The position numbers and the translations under genes are program-made. Shown piece by piece: positions 12,425-25,727 of a stretch of 64,000 nucleotides of DNA. Under the pieces are notes generated by a model that was not told the DNA's origin, searched no databases, and was given only the letters and a program-made list of their open reading frames with translations. Each line of letters starts with the position of its first letter. Positions within the stretch are counted from its first letter, which is position 1. This DNA is from Elsinoe ampelina (lineage: Eukaryota), in assembly GCA_010093995.1 (NCBI GenBank), contig ML992506.1:568551-632550 (forward strand). The letters run 5' to 3'.

Positions 12425-12839
12425 TACAGACCCAGAGCGGATAGGAACTACCCGATGAGCTACTTCGATTGGGATAGAGCAGGTCTAGAATAAATATATA
12501 CCTATTTGAAATTGGATCACGTGATCATTCTGACATTGCAAAACCTTTACTTGAGCAAGTCCATGATCTTCGCAGTTACAGCGAATGACGAAGAGATGGT
12601 GTATATCTATTCCATGAATACTGTGAGGCCATGTACGAAGAATACATGTTCAAATGGTTCACTTTGATATTGCCTCGGTTAGCAGCGGGGCAATGGAGCT
12701 CGTGAGCAAAGAATGCTGATTCGGCATCAAGTTCCGTCTTCAACATCAGCAGAGAAGGATTTGCAATTTATCCTCTCTGCCACACTACAGACCGCATCGA
12801 CTGGATAGATAATTACGGCATAATCCTAATCAGAGCCTG

Positions 12840-14754
12840 ATGTACAGGACTATGCGCCGAGCAGGGCTTCAATGCCTGCGGAGGCGGACTCCCATAACCT
12901 TCAGACCCCGTACATTTACTCAGACACGACCTGCGTCTAATGCATCAGGCACTATGACTGGCTCTCTCACATCCGTCAATCCACCGCTTCCCGGTACACA
13001 CCCCGCAGACTCCTACCAGTTGTTACCTGAAAATGAGAAAGCCGGACAGTCAGAGGATGCACTTTTCGAGGCACAGGTCAAGCAGGTCGAAGAGTGGTGG
13101 GCCTCGCCGCGTTATGCCGGCATCAAAAGACCGTATTCAGCAGAATCAGTTGTGACGAAACGAGGCACGCTGCAACAGGTCTATCCCTCCTCGCTCATGG
13201 CCAGGAAATTGTTCAATCTGCTAGAGACGAAAGCTGCCAAAGGCGAGCCAGTGCATACGAGTGAGTCTATGATCGGATAGGGATATGTCGTATTTATTGC
13301 TGAATGTTCAATAGTGGGCGCCATCGATCCTGTACAAATGACACAACAGGCACCGAATCAGGAGATCCTTTATGTTTCTGGGTGGGCCTGCTCATCAGTC
13401 TTGACCACCACGAACGAAGTCTCGCCAGATTTTGGTGACTATCCTTACAACACTGTTCCCAATCAGGTACAACGACTATTCAAGGCCCAACAACTACATG
13501 ACCGCAAGCACTTTGACGCACGGCGGAAGCTTTCGGCGGCTGATCGTGCAAAGACTCCGTACGTCGACTATCTCCGACCCATTGTTGCAGACGGCGACAC
13601 TGGACATGGTGGTCTTTCAGCAGTGCTAAAGCTTGCCAAACTATTCGCTGAGAACGGAGCTGCTGCTGTCCACTTCGAAGACCAGCTTCATGGCGGTAAG
13701 AAGTGCGGTCATCTTGCAGGAAAGGTGCTCGTTCCTACAGGAGAGCACATCAACCGATTAGTGACTACTCGCTTCCAATGGGATATGATGGGCTGTGAGA
13801 ACCTCGTCATTGCTCGTACCGATGCGGAGAGTGGCAAGCTCCTCTCTTCCGCCATCGATGCTAGAGACCACGAATTCATCCTTGGTCTGACCGACACCTC
13901 AGCGGCCCCAATCGCCGAGACCATCCAGAAGATGGAATTCGAAGGCGCATCCGGTGCCGAAATCGACAAATTCGAATCCGACTGGACCAAGTCACAAAAA
14001 CTCGTCACCTTCGACGAAGCAGCAGCCGAGCATATCAAGTCTACAAGCTCAGATCCCAACAAGGTCGCCAAATACGAACAAGCAATGAAAGCCAACCGCA
14101 ACATCCCCCTCCACGACCGCCGTAAGCTCGCCGCCGAACTGGCCGGCTCCCCCGTCTCTTTCTCCTGGGACCTTCCCCGCACCCGAGAAGGCTACTACCA
14201 CTACCGCGCCGGCGCCGCAGCAGCCACCAAGCGCGCCATCGCCTTCGGACCCTATGCTGACCTTCTCTGGCTCGAGACGTCCTCCGCGTCCGTCGAGACC
14301 GCATCGAAATTCGCTCGCGAGATCCGCTCTGTGCTTCCCGGCAAGAAGCTAGTCTACAACCTCTCGCCTTCGTTCAACTGGCTCGCGGCAGGCTTCACTC
14401 CGGAAACGCTGAAGAGCTTCATCTGGGACCTCGGAAAGGAGGGATTCGTGCTGCAGCTCATCTCTTTGGCGGGGCTGCACTCAACCGCTATGATAAGTAA
14501 CAAGCTAAGCAAGGGCTTCAAGGAGGAGGGCATGAAGGCCTATGTAGAGCTTGTGCAGAGTAAGGAGAAGGAGGATGGGTGTGATGTCTTGACGCATCAG
14601 AAGTGGAGTGGGGCTGGGTACTTGGATGGGATCCTGGGGACGGTACAGAGTGGGAGCTCAGGCAGTAGGAGTATGGGTGAGGGGAATACGGAAGGGAGTA
14701 AGTAATCCTGCGCTCTTTAGATGAAGGACATGCTGACATAAAGTAGGTTTTTGA
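12840..14754 (+). CDS. mcl1: Mitochondrial methylisocitrate lyase (ICL family)
   Basis: Catalytic KKCGHL (methylisocitrate lyase type, versus KKCGHM in isocitrate lyase), [21 protein letters not shown] and HQKWSGA; Arg-rich presequence; introns 13261-13314 and 14698-14746. Confidence 0.93.
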
Positions 14755-15400
14755 GCAGTAGACGCGACACAGGAGGAGTAATGTTTGATTCCTGGATCGT
14801 CGCAACTCTTCCACAGGATGACAAAGTGGCCGGATGTATGACACCTCTTCGCATCGGGGGTGACAAGCGATCTCTCGTGGCGGCATCGGACAGTCAGTAC
14901 TTGTGAACATGAACGATGAATGCACCAGTCGTGTGCTACAGTATTGTTGCCTCTGTAGATAGATGCGCAGAATCTTCGAATGCATCCTAGACTTGTTCTT
15001 GAGGGGACGTACATTATTACCGGCCCCCTCATATCAGTCATGGTGATTTAGCAGCGAGTGTGGTCAGGCGAGCAGAGCCGCATCCTCGTCTACCATCCAC
15101 CTATCCGTCATGAGCAATTTTCCACGCATGCCCGTACGCACATGACACGGGCACAAACTCATACAAGCTTCTATTGAGCTTGACGACGTCCATGCTGGTC
15201 CGGCCACTGCCTCTGGCTGACCTAACACGAAGATCGCGGGACGGGACCGATCCTCTGGCACTTGTCACCGTGTCACGTCACACGGGACGATGCAGGCCTT
15301 GCGGGCGTCCATGGATGCCGGATTGAAGGTCGACTGGACTTGCCCCGCTGTTCCAATACTGTCTGCTCACTACGAAGCGTAGCAACCTCGTTTCGCGGTC

Positions 15401-17551
15401 ATGAAACCATCCGGCGACCTCCCCCAATGGATGCGTACGCGTGAACATGGACGCCACCACGGACTCTCGCGTGTAATACTTCTTGTGTGCGTAATGCTCT
15501 TGTCCACAGGCCTAATTCAGAAGGCGACCTTCAGCTCAGGATCCTCTACACTCAATGGCATCGCTCCACTGCATGAGCTGCATCCAGATGATCTACCGTG
15601 GGCAAACATCAGGCCTGACAAGGACATTATCTATCATCCTTGTTACGACAATCTACAGTGTGCGAGACTGTTGGTGCCTATGGACTGGAACAGCACACAG
15701 CTCGATGATGGAACGGTAGCCATTGCCATAGTCCGAGTACCAGCAAAGGTACCTGTCACGGACCCCTCGTATGGAGGAGCAGTCTTCATCAATCCAGGTG
15801 AGCAGAGCCATGTTGGGCGCCGCTACGACTCGGCTGATCTTTGATCAAGGCGGACCAGGAGCTTCAGGAACACAAGAAGCAGTCCGAGAAGGCCGACAGA
15901 TGCAAGCGCTCGTCGATGCTACAGCCGACGAGACCACCTCGGGTGCTCACAAATACTTCGACATCATCGGCTTTGACCCTCGTGGTGTACGACAGACAAG
16001 TCCACGTCTGATCTGCTTCCCGGACTACCACGCCCGGCGGATCTGGGAGGTCCAATCCGAAGCAGAAGGCACAGTCGCCGCCTCAGATGTAGCCACTGCT
16101 GTGAAGAAAGCACGCTGGTCTGCCATGTCAAAGTCTTGTCTAGATAGGGCAGAAAAGGACCCTCGAGCGAAGGTCATCTACCATCTCAATACGACGCCCG
16201 TGGTGCGTGATCTGCTGGAAATGGTCGAGAAGCATGCAGAATGGCGAGAGAAGACTGCAAGATCGTGGCTCGGTAGTCCAGTGGGCAGGATGGCAACAAT
16301 GGGACAGCACGCAGACCACACGTCCAGCTGGCAATCTATCCTCGCTCGTACGTCCAATCGCGGCCAGGAGGAGAAGCTCAATTTCTCCGGGCAATCCTAC
16401 GGTACATTCATGGGCGCCATGTTCGCAGCCATGTACCCTAGTCGTGTTGGCAGTATGGTCCTTGACAGTGTGAAGCTACCCGCTGAAGGTCTGGCTGGTA
16501 CTCGAGGCTCCAGCATCATCCACGCCGATGAGATTGTGAAGCGCCTCTTCGACCTCTGCTATGGTGCTGGACCTGAGAAATGTGAGTTCCACTCTGCCTT
16601 CGGCCCAGCAGCGATGCAGGACGAATTCGACCAGCTACTCGAACACCTCCAGATTTCTCCTCTGTCAGTGTCTTCAACAGATAGCACAGGACCAGAGATC
16701 ATCACTTGGTCAGACGTAACCGGTGCCCTTCGCTCAGCACTCTACAACCCAATGAAGAGCTTTCCCAACCTCGTCAGACTCATAGCCTCCGTCTCGAGGA
16801 ACGACGGGACATACTTCGCCAAACACAAGCAAAGAACAAAGACCCACTACAACATCTCCCCAGAATGTGCCAAAGACGGCCCATTCTCACCCAGCTGCAT
16901 GCTCCCCGTCTCCTGGGAGGATGAAGTCAACCCCGGCGTATCCTGCAGCGACGCAGACCACAACGGCCTTGACACCGTGGAGAACTTCGACGCTTACCTC
17001 AAGCGCCTCGAGAGTCAGAGCAAGTACATCGCCAAACCCTGGGCGGAGCTGAACATGAAATGCGCAGGGTGGACTGCGAAGGCGAAGTGGCGATTCACGG
17101 GTCCGCATCTTGAATATTATCCAAGGGCACATGACTGATAGACGCAGGACCATTCACAGCCAACACCTCAAACCCGATATTGATACTCAACAACCTCCTC
17201 GACCCGGTGACACCAGTCGAAAAGTACGCTCTGCCACCGCCCTCCTTTCCCTCGTCCGACTAATCCTGAACAGCGCAATCGAAGTCTCGAAATCGTATCC
17301 TGGTTCCGTCGTCCTCAAGCAGAATGGCATCGGCGTGAGTCTCTCTCCTACTACCTCGGATGAAAATGGCTGACAGAAAAACACAGCACATAACAATCGA
17401 CACCCGCTCTGCATGTACAACGAAGTACATCAGGCGGTACTTCCAGACTGGCCAGCTCCCTCCGGCCAACACGACGTGTGAGGTGGATGAGCGACCTTTT
17501 GGGGTGAACGTCCAATGTACGTCCGATCTCGGCGCTCACATTTCCATCTAG
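15401..17551 (+). CDS. TAP-like (tripeptidyl aminopeptidase-like) alpha/beta hydrolase, multi-exon
   Basis: CARLLVPMDW, FINPGGPGASG, DIIGFDPRGV, nucleophile GQSYG, C-terminal VVLKQNGIG/H..SACTTKYIRRYFQTG; N-terminal hydrophobic segment. The 3' end is approximate. Confidence 0.85.
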
Positions 17552-17793
17552 CGAGCCTGCATGATCAATCGGATGGCTCCGGGCCTTGATACCTGGCTAC
17601 GGTCTCCCCGTCAGTGTCTAGAATTCGAGTCCTTGTGCTTCAGCCTGCTCATCCCAGTCCGTCTTGCCGTTGGTCTTGCCATTCGACTTTCCATCCTACC
17701 TGGTCTCCAACCTTGCTTTCTCTTTACATTCCCAACCACGCCGGCGAGCCCTTCGCGTGCCCTCGAGAGACTCAACATCAGAGCCGCTCGATT

Positions 17794-17854
17794 AAGTCGA
17801 GCCGATCAAGTCAAGCCGATCAAGTCGAGCCGATCAAGTCAAGCCGATCAAGCC
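17794..17854. repeat. 14-bp minisatellite x4 (28-bp higher-order unit x2)
   Basis: AAGTCGAGCCGATC alternates with AAGTCAAGCCGATC. Confidence 0.95.
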
Positions 17855-18696
17855 ACTCCAAAGAGGCAGCCAGCGTACGTCCCCCGAGAACAGTGGCTGA
17901 CACATCCAAACCATCGCTTTCAGACTGGAGGATACGGGTAGAAGGGGATGACAGACAAGTTGACGCCTGGTTGTGGCGAACACGGCGAGGAGATGTACGC
18001 GAGTGGCAACGAGACACGTCCGTGAAGTGTTGTTGATCAAATATATTAATCTACCAGATCTGGCTGCAACGCAGATATCTGCGAGAGAGCCACGCCAAGG
18101 GGAACGAACGATCTTGTGGGATTTCCAGGCGGACTGAGTATCTCATCCGCGCAGGGGGCGAGTGTAGCGCCATACGTATCCCCAGTGGGCGGCCGATTCG
18201 CGTGCGGCGATGTACGAGATAGACGGCATGGCACACATCACACATCACGCAGTACACGGAGACACATGTGATAGGACATCCATTCACCTCCCCCCTCCCC
18301 CTCCCTCCACTATGTTCCTCCCCTCACCCATCAAGCCCCGACTACGGTATCATTCTCAACCCACAATAGACACAAAAAAGGAAAACAACCCCCCATGACC
18401 CATGCGAGATCCCGGAAAACGCTCGCTATGCAGTACAATCCGACCAGATGACGCCTTCGCACACTCGCATCCGCCCGACAACCTGACCCGCATGCATCCC
18501 TCCTTCAACCGAGACTTTGACCACCGACTCTTGTCCTCCGACAGCCTCATGACCAGACGACGTCTTCAATCCCCAGTCGTGACACTGACGAGACAATATC
18601 CCCTTCGAAACCCCTCCTCTTCTCCTCCTACCATCCGATCTCCCACCACGTCAATCCCCCCAGACTAATCCCTCACCCTCCCCCTCAGCATTCGAA

Positions 18697-21600
18697 TCAA
18701 GCCAGAATCCCCTTCAACTCCTCCCTCCTCCCGCCCTCCTCAACAAGCACCCCTCTCTCCCCCATGACCCTCTCCACGGCCTCCACCACCGCCTCGAACC
18801 CACTCGCCGCGCCCCTCACCATCGTCCACCTGCCCAGACTCAACCCACTCCTCTTCCCATTCTGGAGCACAACGAACAACTCCACCCTGAAACTAACCGG
18901 CTTGATGCCCAGCGCATTCTGCTTCTCCACTCGCGCCGTGATGGCGTTCTCCTGCGGAAAATAGCATAGATCCCCAAGGCCGGCGTGTTGGAAGTCGCGG
19001 AGCAAGCGGTAGATCTCGGTCCTGGCGCGCGAGCGGGGGACGGAGAAGGCGGTGACGTGGCTCGGGGGCGCGAGGCGGAAGAAGCGGGCGAACCAGGATT
19101 GGGCGTTGACGGCAGTAGTGGGGGAGGTGGTGCGCGGGGATGGTTCGGCGGTGTTGGGGGATTTGAGAGGTGGGGCGGCGATACCTGGGGAGGGTTGGGG
19201 ATCTGGAGGCAAGGTTAGCTTGGAAAGGTTCGGGAGATGGTGGAGGAGATCCAGATTCGAGGCGAAGGGGAGACAGCCGGGTGTCTTCTTCGTCGTCGAC
19301 GTCGTGGTTCTGGATAGGAGGTGCGGCGAGGCCGCGGAGGGGAAGATGGGTGAGTCTAGGAAAAGTGGGTGTTTACCCTTGATTTCGATCGCGCGGATCG
19401 GTTCGTCCTTCTTGCCCAGCTTGTTGAGCCATTTGCTGAAGCCCTTCTGCTCGCTGTCTGAGGTGCGGCGCATGGGGAACTCGGAACCATCAGTGGGAGG
19501 TCCAGCCGGAGGGTCGGGCTTGTTGAGGTCGAGAGGAGCCGGCTGCTTGTCGCGCTTGAGCAGACTTGGCTTTTGCTTGCGGTCATCGAGATCCTTGAAC
19601 TGAACGGGGACGCCTGGGTGAGGATCTGGCGGCGAGGTTGCCTGAGGAGCAGGGGCCTTCTTCCAGCGGCGGAACCAAAAGGACTCCTTCTTGTCTGAGG
19701 CGGCCGGCACAGCGACGGGTCGGACCTCTTCCTCATTGGCAGTGGGCTTGAAGCCGATAGCACTGTCGTGGGACTTCTTTCTATGAAGGTAGTCGTATGG
19801 ATTAGGCACTTGGAGGTGCTTATCATCCTGTGGCATGGCACCATCAGATGTCTTTGGCCTGCTGACGAGCACTTCTTTCTCCATACTTGAGTCGCGCTTG
19901 TTTGGCACCACCTTCTGGTGAGTGATTGGAGATTGCTCGACGACACGAATGGATTCGTGCTTGGACTCATGCTTTCTCGCGGCAGCAGTCTGGGTAGGAC
20001 CAGGGGCAGTGAAAGAACGGTGACCCTTCTTCTCGCCCTTGCCAACCCTTAGTGTGTCTGGAAGTGGCTCCTCGGTGATGATGGGCAAGAAGCCCATGTC
20101 AGCAGCAGACTTTGGTTCCGGTGCAGAGGTCGTTCTACGCTCCGCTTCGGAGGGCATGATCTTTTCAAGAGAAGCAAGAACCTCGTTGATCTTCGCAGCA
20201 TCCGCTTCACCACCAGCGGCTCTCTCAACAAGCTTCTTCCTGGTCTCTTCGATAGTCCTGGCGATGAAAGTGTTTGGGGTGTCGGTAGGGACTGCTGGAA
20301 GAGGTCTACCACTAGGGCTGTGGAGTGCTGCACTGGTTTGATTGGAAATGGATGACGGTGGAGTGTCGTACGAACCCTGCCTGTCTGTCGTGCTCGTCTG
20401 ATCACTTGATCCATAGGATGATCTGAAGAAAGCCTCTTCACAAGCCTTCTCAAGCTCGGTGCTCACTTTACGAACCTCGGTCCTGATGATATGGCCAGGT
20501 GTCTCCGGCTTGCGTGGTCTGCTCCTCGGAGTCATGCCTGTAGGGACCTTGGACTTTCTGTTCTGGGCATCCTTGACGACACGACGGGTCGGGCTTGACA
20601 TGGTAGTCGCGGTCTCATCATCCTCGGCAGCATCCTCTTCGACGATCTCTTCCTCCTCGTCAATGTCAGGGGTAGGCGTGTAACGAGAGTTGCCAGCGCT
20701 ATGGTTGATGACACTAGTGTTGGAGCTCTTCCTGACATGCTGGAAGCTGACACTCCGCTTGTGAGACGAGTTTGTCTTGACATGAACAACCACAGGAGGA
20801 CTACTCGGCCAGATGGAGCTCGTCAGAGATTGCCGTGAGTTGGTGCGTGAGACCTTGTTGATGGAAGTGCGACTGGCAGATCGGCTGTGGGTGCCAGGGA
20901 CAGGGGTGATCTTCTGGCGAGCGATAGCTTGTTGATTGGCTTTCTTAAGCATCTCAACTCGCAAAGCTGCTCCCTTCATGCTACCGCTGTTGCCACGCTT
21001 GTGACCGGGGGCTCTAGGGATCTGTGATGTGCGGCTGGCGGCAGACTGTCGTCCTGATCTATAGGGATCGTAGCTTGCTTCCGACGGAGCTCTGTCAGCA
21101 ATGCTGCTGCTTCGAAGATGCTCATTATTCATGATCGAATAGGATGATTGCGAAGTTTGCTTCGTTTGAGGTATGTTTGGCTCGCCGCTTTCCGGGCGGG
21201 CATGCTGATAATCACTCGCTGCATAGGCGAGACCATCGACGCCGCCAGTGTAGTTTTCCATGTGATCTTCTTTGTGCTTTGCCAATGCCGCATAAAAGAA
21301 CTTTTCCTGATTTGGTCTGGGATGGTCAGTAGACGTCAGATACTCAGAATGTGAGCATGCATACTGGTGGCTAAGTAACTTCTTGACCAAAACATTCTGT
21401 GGCACACTGTGCCAAAGAGTCCTCATGTTGCGTAGAATTTCCTTGTCAATGTCGTCCTCGGAGTTGACCTTCCATTCATTCAACACTGCCTCTGGGCCTA
21501 TCCAACGATCTTTCTTGGTGAGATCGCCTTCGTATCCAAACTCTCTGTCGTATTTATGCAGAAGAGGATGCTCCCAGATTCCGTCCATGTCGATGCGTTT

Positions 21601-22806
21601 TTCTGGCTTGGTGATGAAGATCCTGCGCAGCAGGTCTTTTGCATGGTAAGTGAGATCGGGAGGCATGAAGTAGTCGGCTGCTTGAATCGCTGCGTACATA
21701 ACGGCAAGATTGCGGTCGTGATCGTAATTGAAGGGGGTAGTACCAGTGAGCATAACATAGAGGATGACACCGCAAGACCAGACATCGGCCTTTGCTCCGT
21801 CGTAGGGCCTGCTACGAATGACTTCAGGAGCGGCGTAGTGTGGTGAACCACATGCGGTGGTGAGTTGTTTTCCTTCTGGTTGGAGGGCTGCCATTCCAAA
21901 ATCAACGAGCTTGATCTGGGCATTGTCTCGGTCGAGGAGAATGTTCTCAGGCTTGAGATCGCGATGGTGAATGTTCATGCGATGGCAGTACAGAAGAGCT
22001 GCGACAATTTGACGGAAGATGTAGACGGTTTCCTTCTCGTCGAGCCCTCTTTGTTCCTCGACGTAATGGAAGAGCTCACCGCCGGGGACGTACTCCATGA
22101 CCAAATAGCTGTCGGTGTCAGCAGAGGAAGTATAGAGGTAAGAGGGACATTACAGCTCATTGTGGTTCTCCCACACGTCATACAGTCTGACGATATTGGG
22201 ATGGTCAAGTAATTTCATGATTGCAATCTCGCGCATGAGCCCAGGTGGAGGCGGGGCGATTATCTTGCCAGCTGCGACCAGATCCTGAATTGATTTCTCC
22301 TGTGAAGCAGCCAGGTTGGCCAAAGATTGTGCTCGGACTTGTTCTGCCATCTTTCGTGAGATGATCTTGACAGCACCTTGCTGACCTGTCACGACATGCC
22401 TGACGAGTCTGACAGTGGAGCATCCGCCTTGACCAACAGTCCTTCCAAGTTGCCATTGACCAATTGTCCTCTTTCTTCCACCTCCTGAGCCTGTAGATGA
22501 TGCTGTGGAAATCTCCGAATCACGCTTGGATCTCTGCTCTTGTTGCTTGATGTCCGAGACTCTCTTATAGCCTCTTGACTCATTTGGGCTGCTACGAACA
22601 TGTAGCGAGCCATCATTCTCGAGCGACTCGTTGCGAGGTAGGTTCTTGTCCTTTGACTCGGCATTGACGGGGCGCCTGGAGACCTTTTCTGTTGGAGGAT
22701 ATGCGTGAGCATGCATGTTAGCACGAGCGTCGCCAGGACCAAGTGGTTGCCTCCTTGTGGGTGGGCGGACGTGCGCGTATGCTTGTTGATGATACCGAGT
22801 AGCCAT
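18697..22806 (-). CDS. Nim1/Gin4/Hsl1-family Ser/Thr protein kinase
   Basis: GQGGCSTV, AVKII, HRDLKPEN, DFG and CGSPHYAAPE; post-kinase IDKEILRNMRTLW and NQEKFFY; C-terminal QSWFARFF..F.VELFVV domain; introns near 22150-22108, 21364-21317 and 19376-19203. Confidence 0.92.
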
Positions 22807-24422
22807 GTTGTTGTGGGTCCGGTGTCCTGGCGGATAGGTCTGATTAGGTATTATATATTACTACAGGGCGACTCTGTCTTGTCGCAGAAAATTGGTTGAA
22901 GGTGTACTGAGAGGAATCGATGCTGAGGTAATCGTGCCAGGTAGGATACCAGGTTATTCCCAAGTCATGCTGAAAAGTGCCAGGATGTATTATTGATGCT
23001 GCTTCCAGTGGGATCGAGCAGCAGCAGCAGCGTGGCAGCGGCAGAATGAGCGGCTAAAGTTGGGGCTTGTGTATATGATTACCTTTGCGACTGTCTCGTA
23101 GTATGAACAGATGATGCTGTGTAATCGGGAGGTCGAGGTATGGCTGGCGACCCACGTAAAAGAGCGCGTGTGGGAGCTGGCGTCGAGGATGGAAGGAAGG
23201 AATGAAGGTTGACTGGCAGTGGGCGATTGACCGATAAGGTGCAAGTGACTAAGCGTTCAAGGACGACACTGCAGAGTCTCGATTTGGCGGTACTGTGTCG
23301 ATTGGGCCAATTGCATGACCAAAGGAGGAGAATTGGAGGTGTTTTGTTATGGGGGGCGAGTGTTTATTCGCGGCGGCGGATAGGGAGCTGTATGCCCGGG
23401 CGCGGGACGTTGAGCTGAGGAATGCAAGAAATTCCTTCTTTAGTCGCGCTGCAAACACGACAAACACGCTGGACAAGGGAACAAAAAAAGTCGGACTTCA
23501 CTTGCTGCGATCACATGTACCGCTCGTGTGTTTTTCACATTTCACTTGTCTTGTTCCATTTCATCTCATCACACGTGTTGCCGCATGACACGAGATCAAT
23601 CAGACATGCCAAATGCCGCAGGAGAAGAGCTCAAATCAAAGTCGCGACCGTTACGTCGTCTTTGCCGTTACGCGGGGATAATTTGAGGTCCCCTTTGACA
23701 TACGAGGAAAAGATGGCCATGGATAGTCTTGAGGATATGTTGAAGAAGGAGGGAAAGATTCACATGCGAGTTCTGGGGACGTCTGCCCTACGGGTGGAGC
23801 CATCTGTGATCGAGAGGTCACCACTACAGTACACCTCTGGGCAGGTCGGGTAATAGACGGCATTTGTGCAACCACACTCCTGGTCTGTTGGCGGGATCGC
23901 TGGCTCTTGCTAGTGTGCGGAGGATGCACATGCAGCTAAAATGTACTACTGCTGTGGTCACAGTCATGTCAAATCAGAAGGCGACCACACAATGACAGAG
24001 CAGGGAATGGTCATTTGAATTCAGCAGGCTGTACTGTATCTGTCTGTTCTGATCTGTCGTATCATCTTCAGTGCCGCTGTTGCACTCAGCAGCGGGACAA
24101 AGACCGCCATCCAAGTGTGTCTGTGATGCTTACAGATCGATCCTAGCTGTGACAGTATCCTCTGTTTCCTAACTCTTCCCGTCTCCATGGCTCTAGCTGG
24201 TAGGCCTCTCTGGCGGACTGTGACCGCGCAAGAATTCATGCTGGACATTACTGGAACGCGAGTACTGCCGTAAAATTTGCTCTGGAAAAGGTCCCTCCGT
24301 CGTTTCTGTTGGAAGTATGTAGCATAATGTAATACAGGTCGATGAAGAAGATGGGGTATCGTTAATTCGCACACGCTTCGTGATATAGAGGTATAAAGGT
24401 CGGGTGAAAAGTCGAGGCGAGC

Positions 24423-25727
24423 TTATGCTGAAGCTGCCACGACCGGGCTGGAGTCGGCCATCTCGCTCTTGGCTGTTGGGGAGATGGATCCGTCTGACGA
24501 TCGCTTGTCACCGTCATTTTGAGCCCCGGCTTTTCCGCAACCTTTGACAAGAATGTGCCTCTGGCGGATTAGTCAGTACTCGGTAACTTGAGGGTTCAGT
24601 AGTGAACATACCTTGAGGGCATCCTTGCGGGAGAAGCTCTTGTCGCAGTGTCCACATGGGAATGGCTTGACAGCCAGATGGATGCGCTTGTGGCGCTTCA
24701 GGTCGTGGTTCCTGTTGAAGCTCTGCGGGCATTGATCGCACTTGAATGGTCTGTCGTTGTTGGGTCCTTGCGCTTGGCCTGCATGTCCGTACATCATCGC
24801 CGCGTGACCGCTATTATAGCCATGTACCATGCCATTGGGCATGCCGCCCACGAGCGCCATCTGGTTGCTCGGGTTGTTCATGTTTGACATTACCGGGCCA
24901 GGGTAGGAGAAGGGTCGCTGAGGCGCGTATGGCGAATGGGTCTGATTCATCTGGGAATTAATTGATGGAATCTGACCATGTTGATGGGTCGGAGACATGC
25001 GAGACAGAGGACCAGCACTGACTGGGCTGTGCTGGACGGGGGACGGACCGGCAGAGTAGGGAAATGGCGTCTGCGCGGGGGTCGCCGAATGTGGTCCGGA
25101 GTAGTATGTGGGTGTTGGTGGTTGTCGCGCAAATGCATCTTGGGAATGTACCGGCGAAGCCTGGGTGATCGGCGCGCTCATTGGCCCCTGGCCCATCATT
25201 GCCATTTGCTGCTGGGTGGAGAGCGAGGGGAGGCTGATGGGGGCAGACATCGGATAGCTCTGCACTTCAGAAGAGTGACTCGAATGTGGGAGATCATTAG
25301 GGTTCGGCGAGCTGGTGTTCTTGACGATCGTGCTCAAGGACGGCGAGAAGGGTGCTCTCGATGGGTTGAATGTGCTTGGTGACATTGCTGGTTGCTGGAA
25401 GTTGTAGTGAGCAGATGGCGCAGGCCAATTGTAGCTCGGCGTGTAGGGTGCCATCGAGTGAGGCGCTGTCGATGTTGCACCGACGGCACCTGCTGAAGAA
25501 GTCGGGCTTAGTCCGTCTGCAGAGGAGCCACTTGGGGGCGTCAACAGATTGCCGACGCTCGCGAGACTGGTCGATCCCGGTTGCGGGTGAGCAATGTGAG
25601 GCTGATAGCTGTTGTACTTCTGGAAGGCAGGCAGCTGAGGAGGCGGAAGCTCGAATTGGGGCAAGTTTGAAGCGTTTGGTCGGCGAGCTGTAAAGCTCGA
25701 GGGTGCGCCCATTGGATCCGAAGCCAT
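24423..25727 (-). CDS. C2H2 zinc-finger transcription factor
   Basis: Two fingers, CDQCPQSFNRNHDLKRHKRIH and CGHCDKSFSRKDALK/RHILVKGC (intron 24611-24561); Pro/Ser/Gln-rich N-terminus; start codon uncertain. Confidence 0.9.

Noticed and set aside
2679..17551. Secondary-metabolite cluster (desaturase, GNAT, cutinase, citrate synthase-like, hydrolase)
   Set aside because: No PKS, NRPS or terpene backbone gene; the genes have housekeeping or independent roles.
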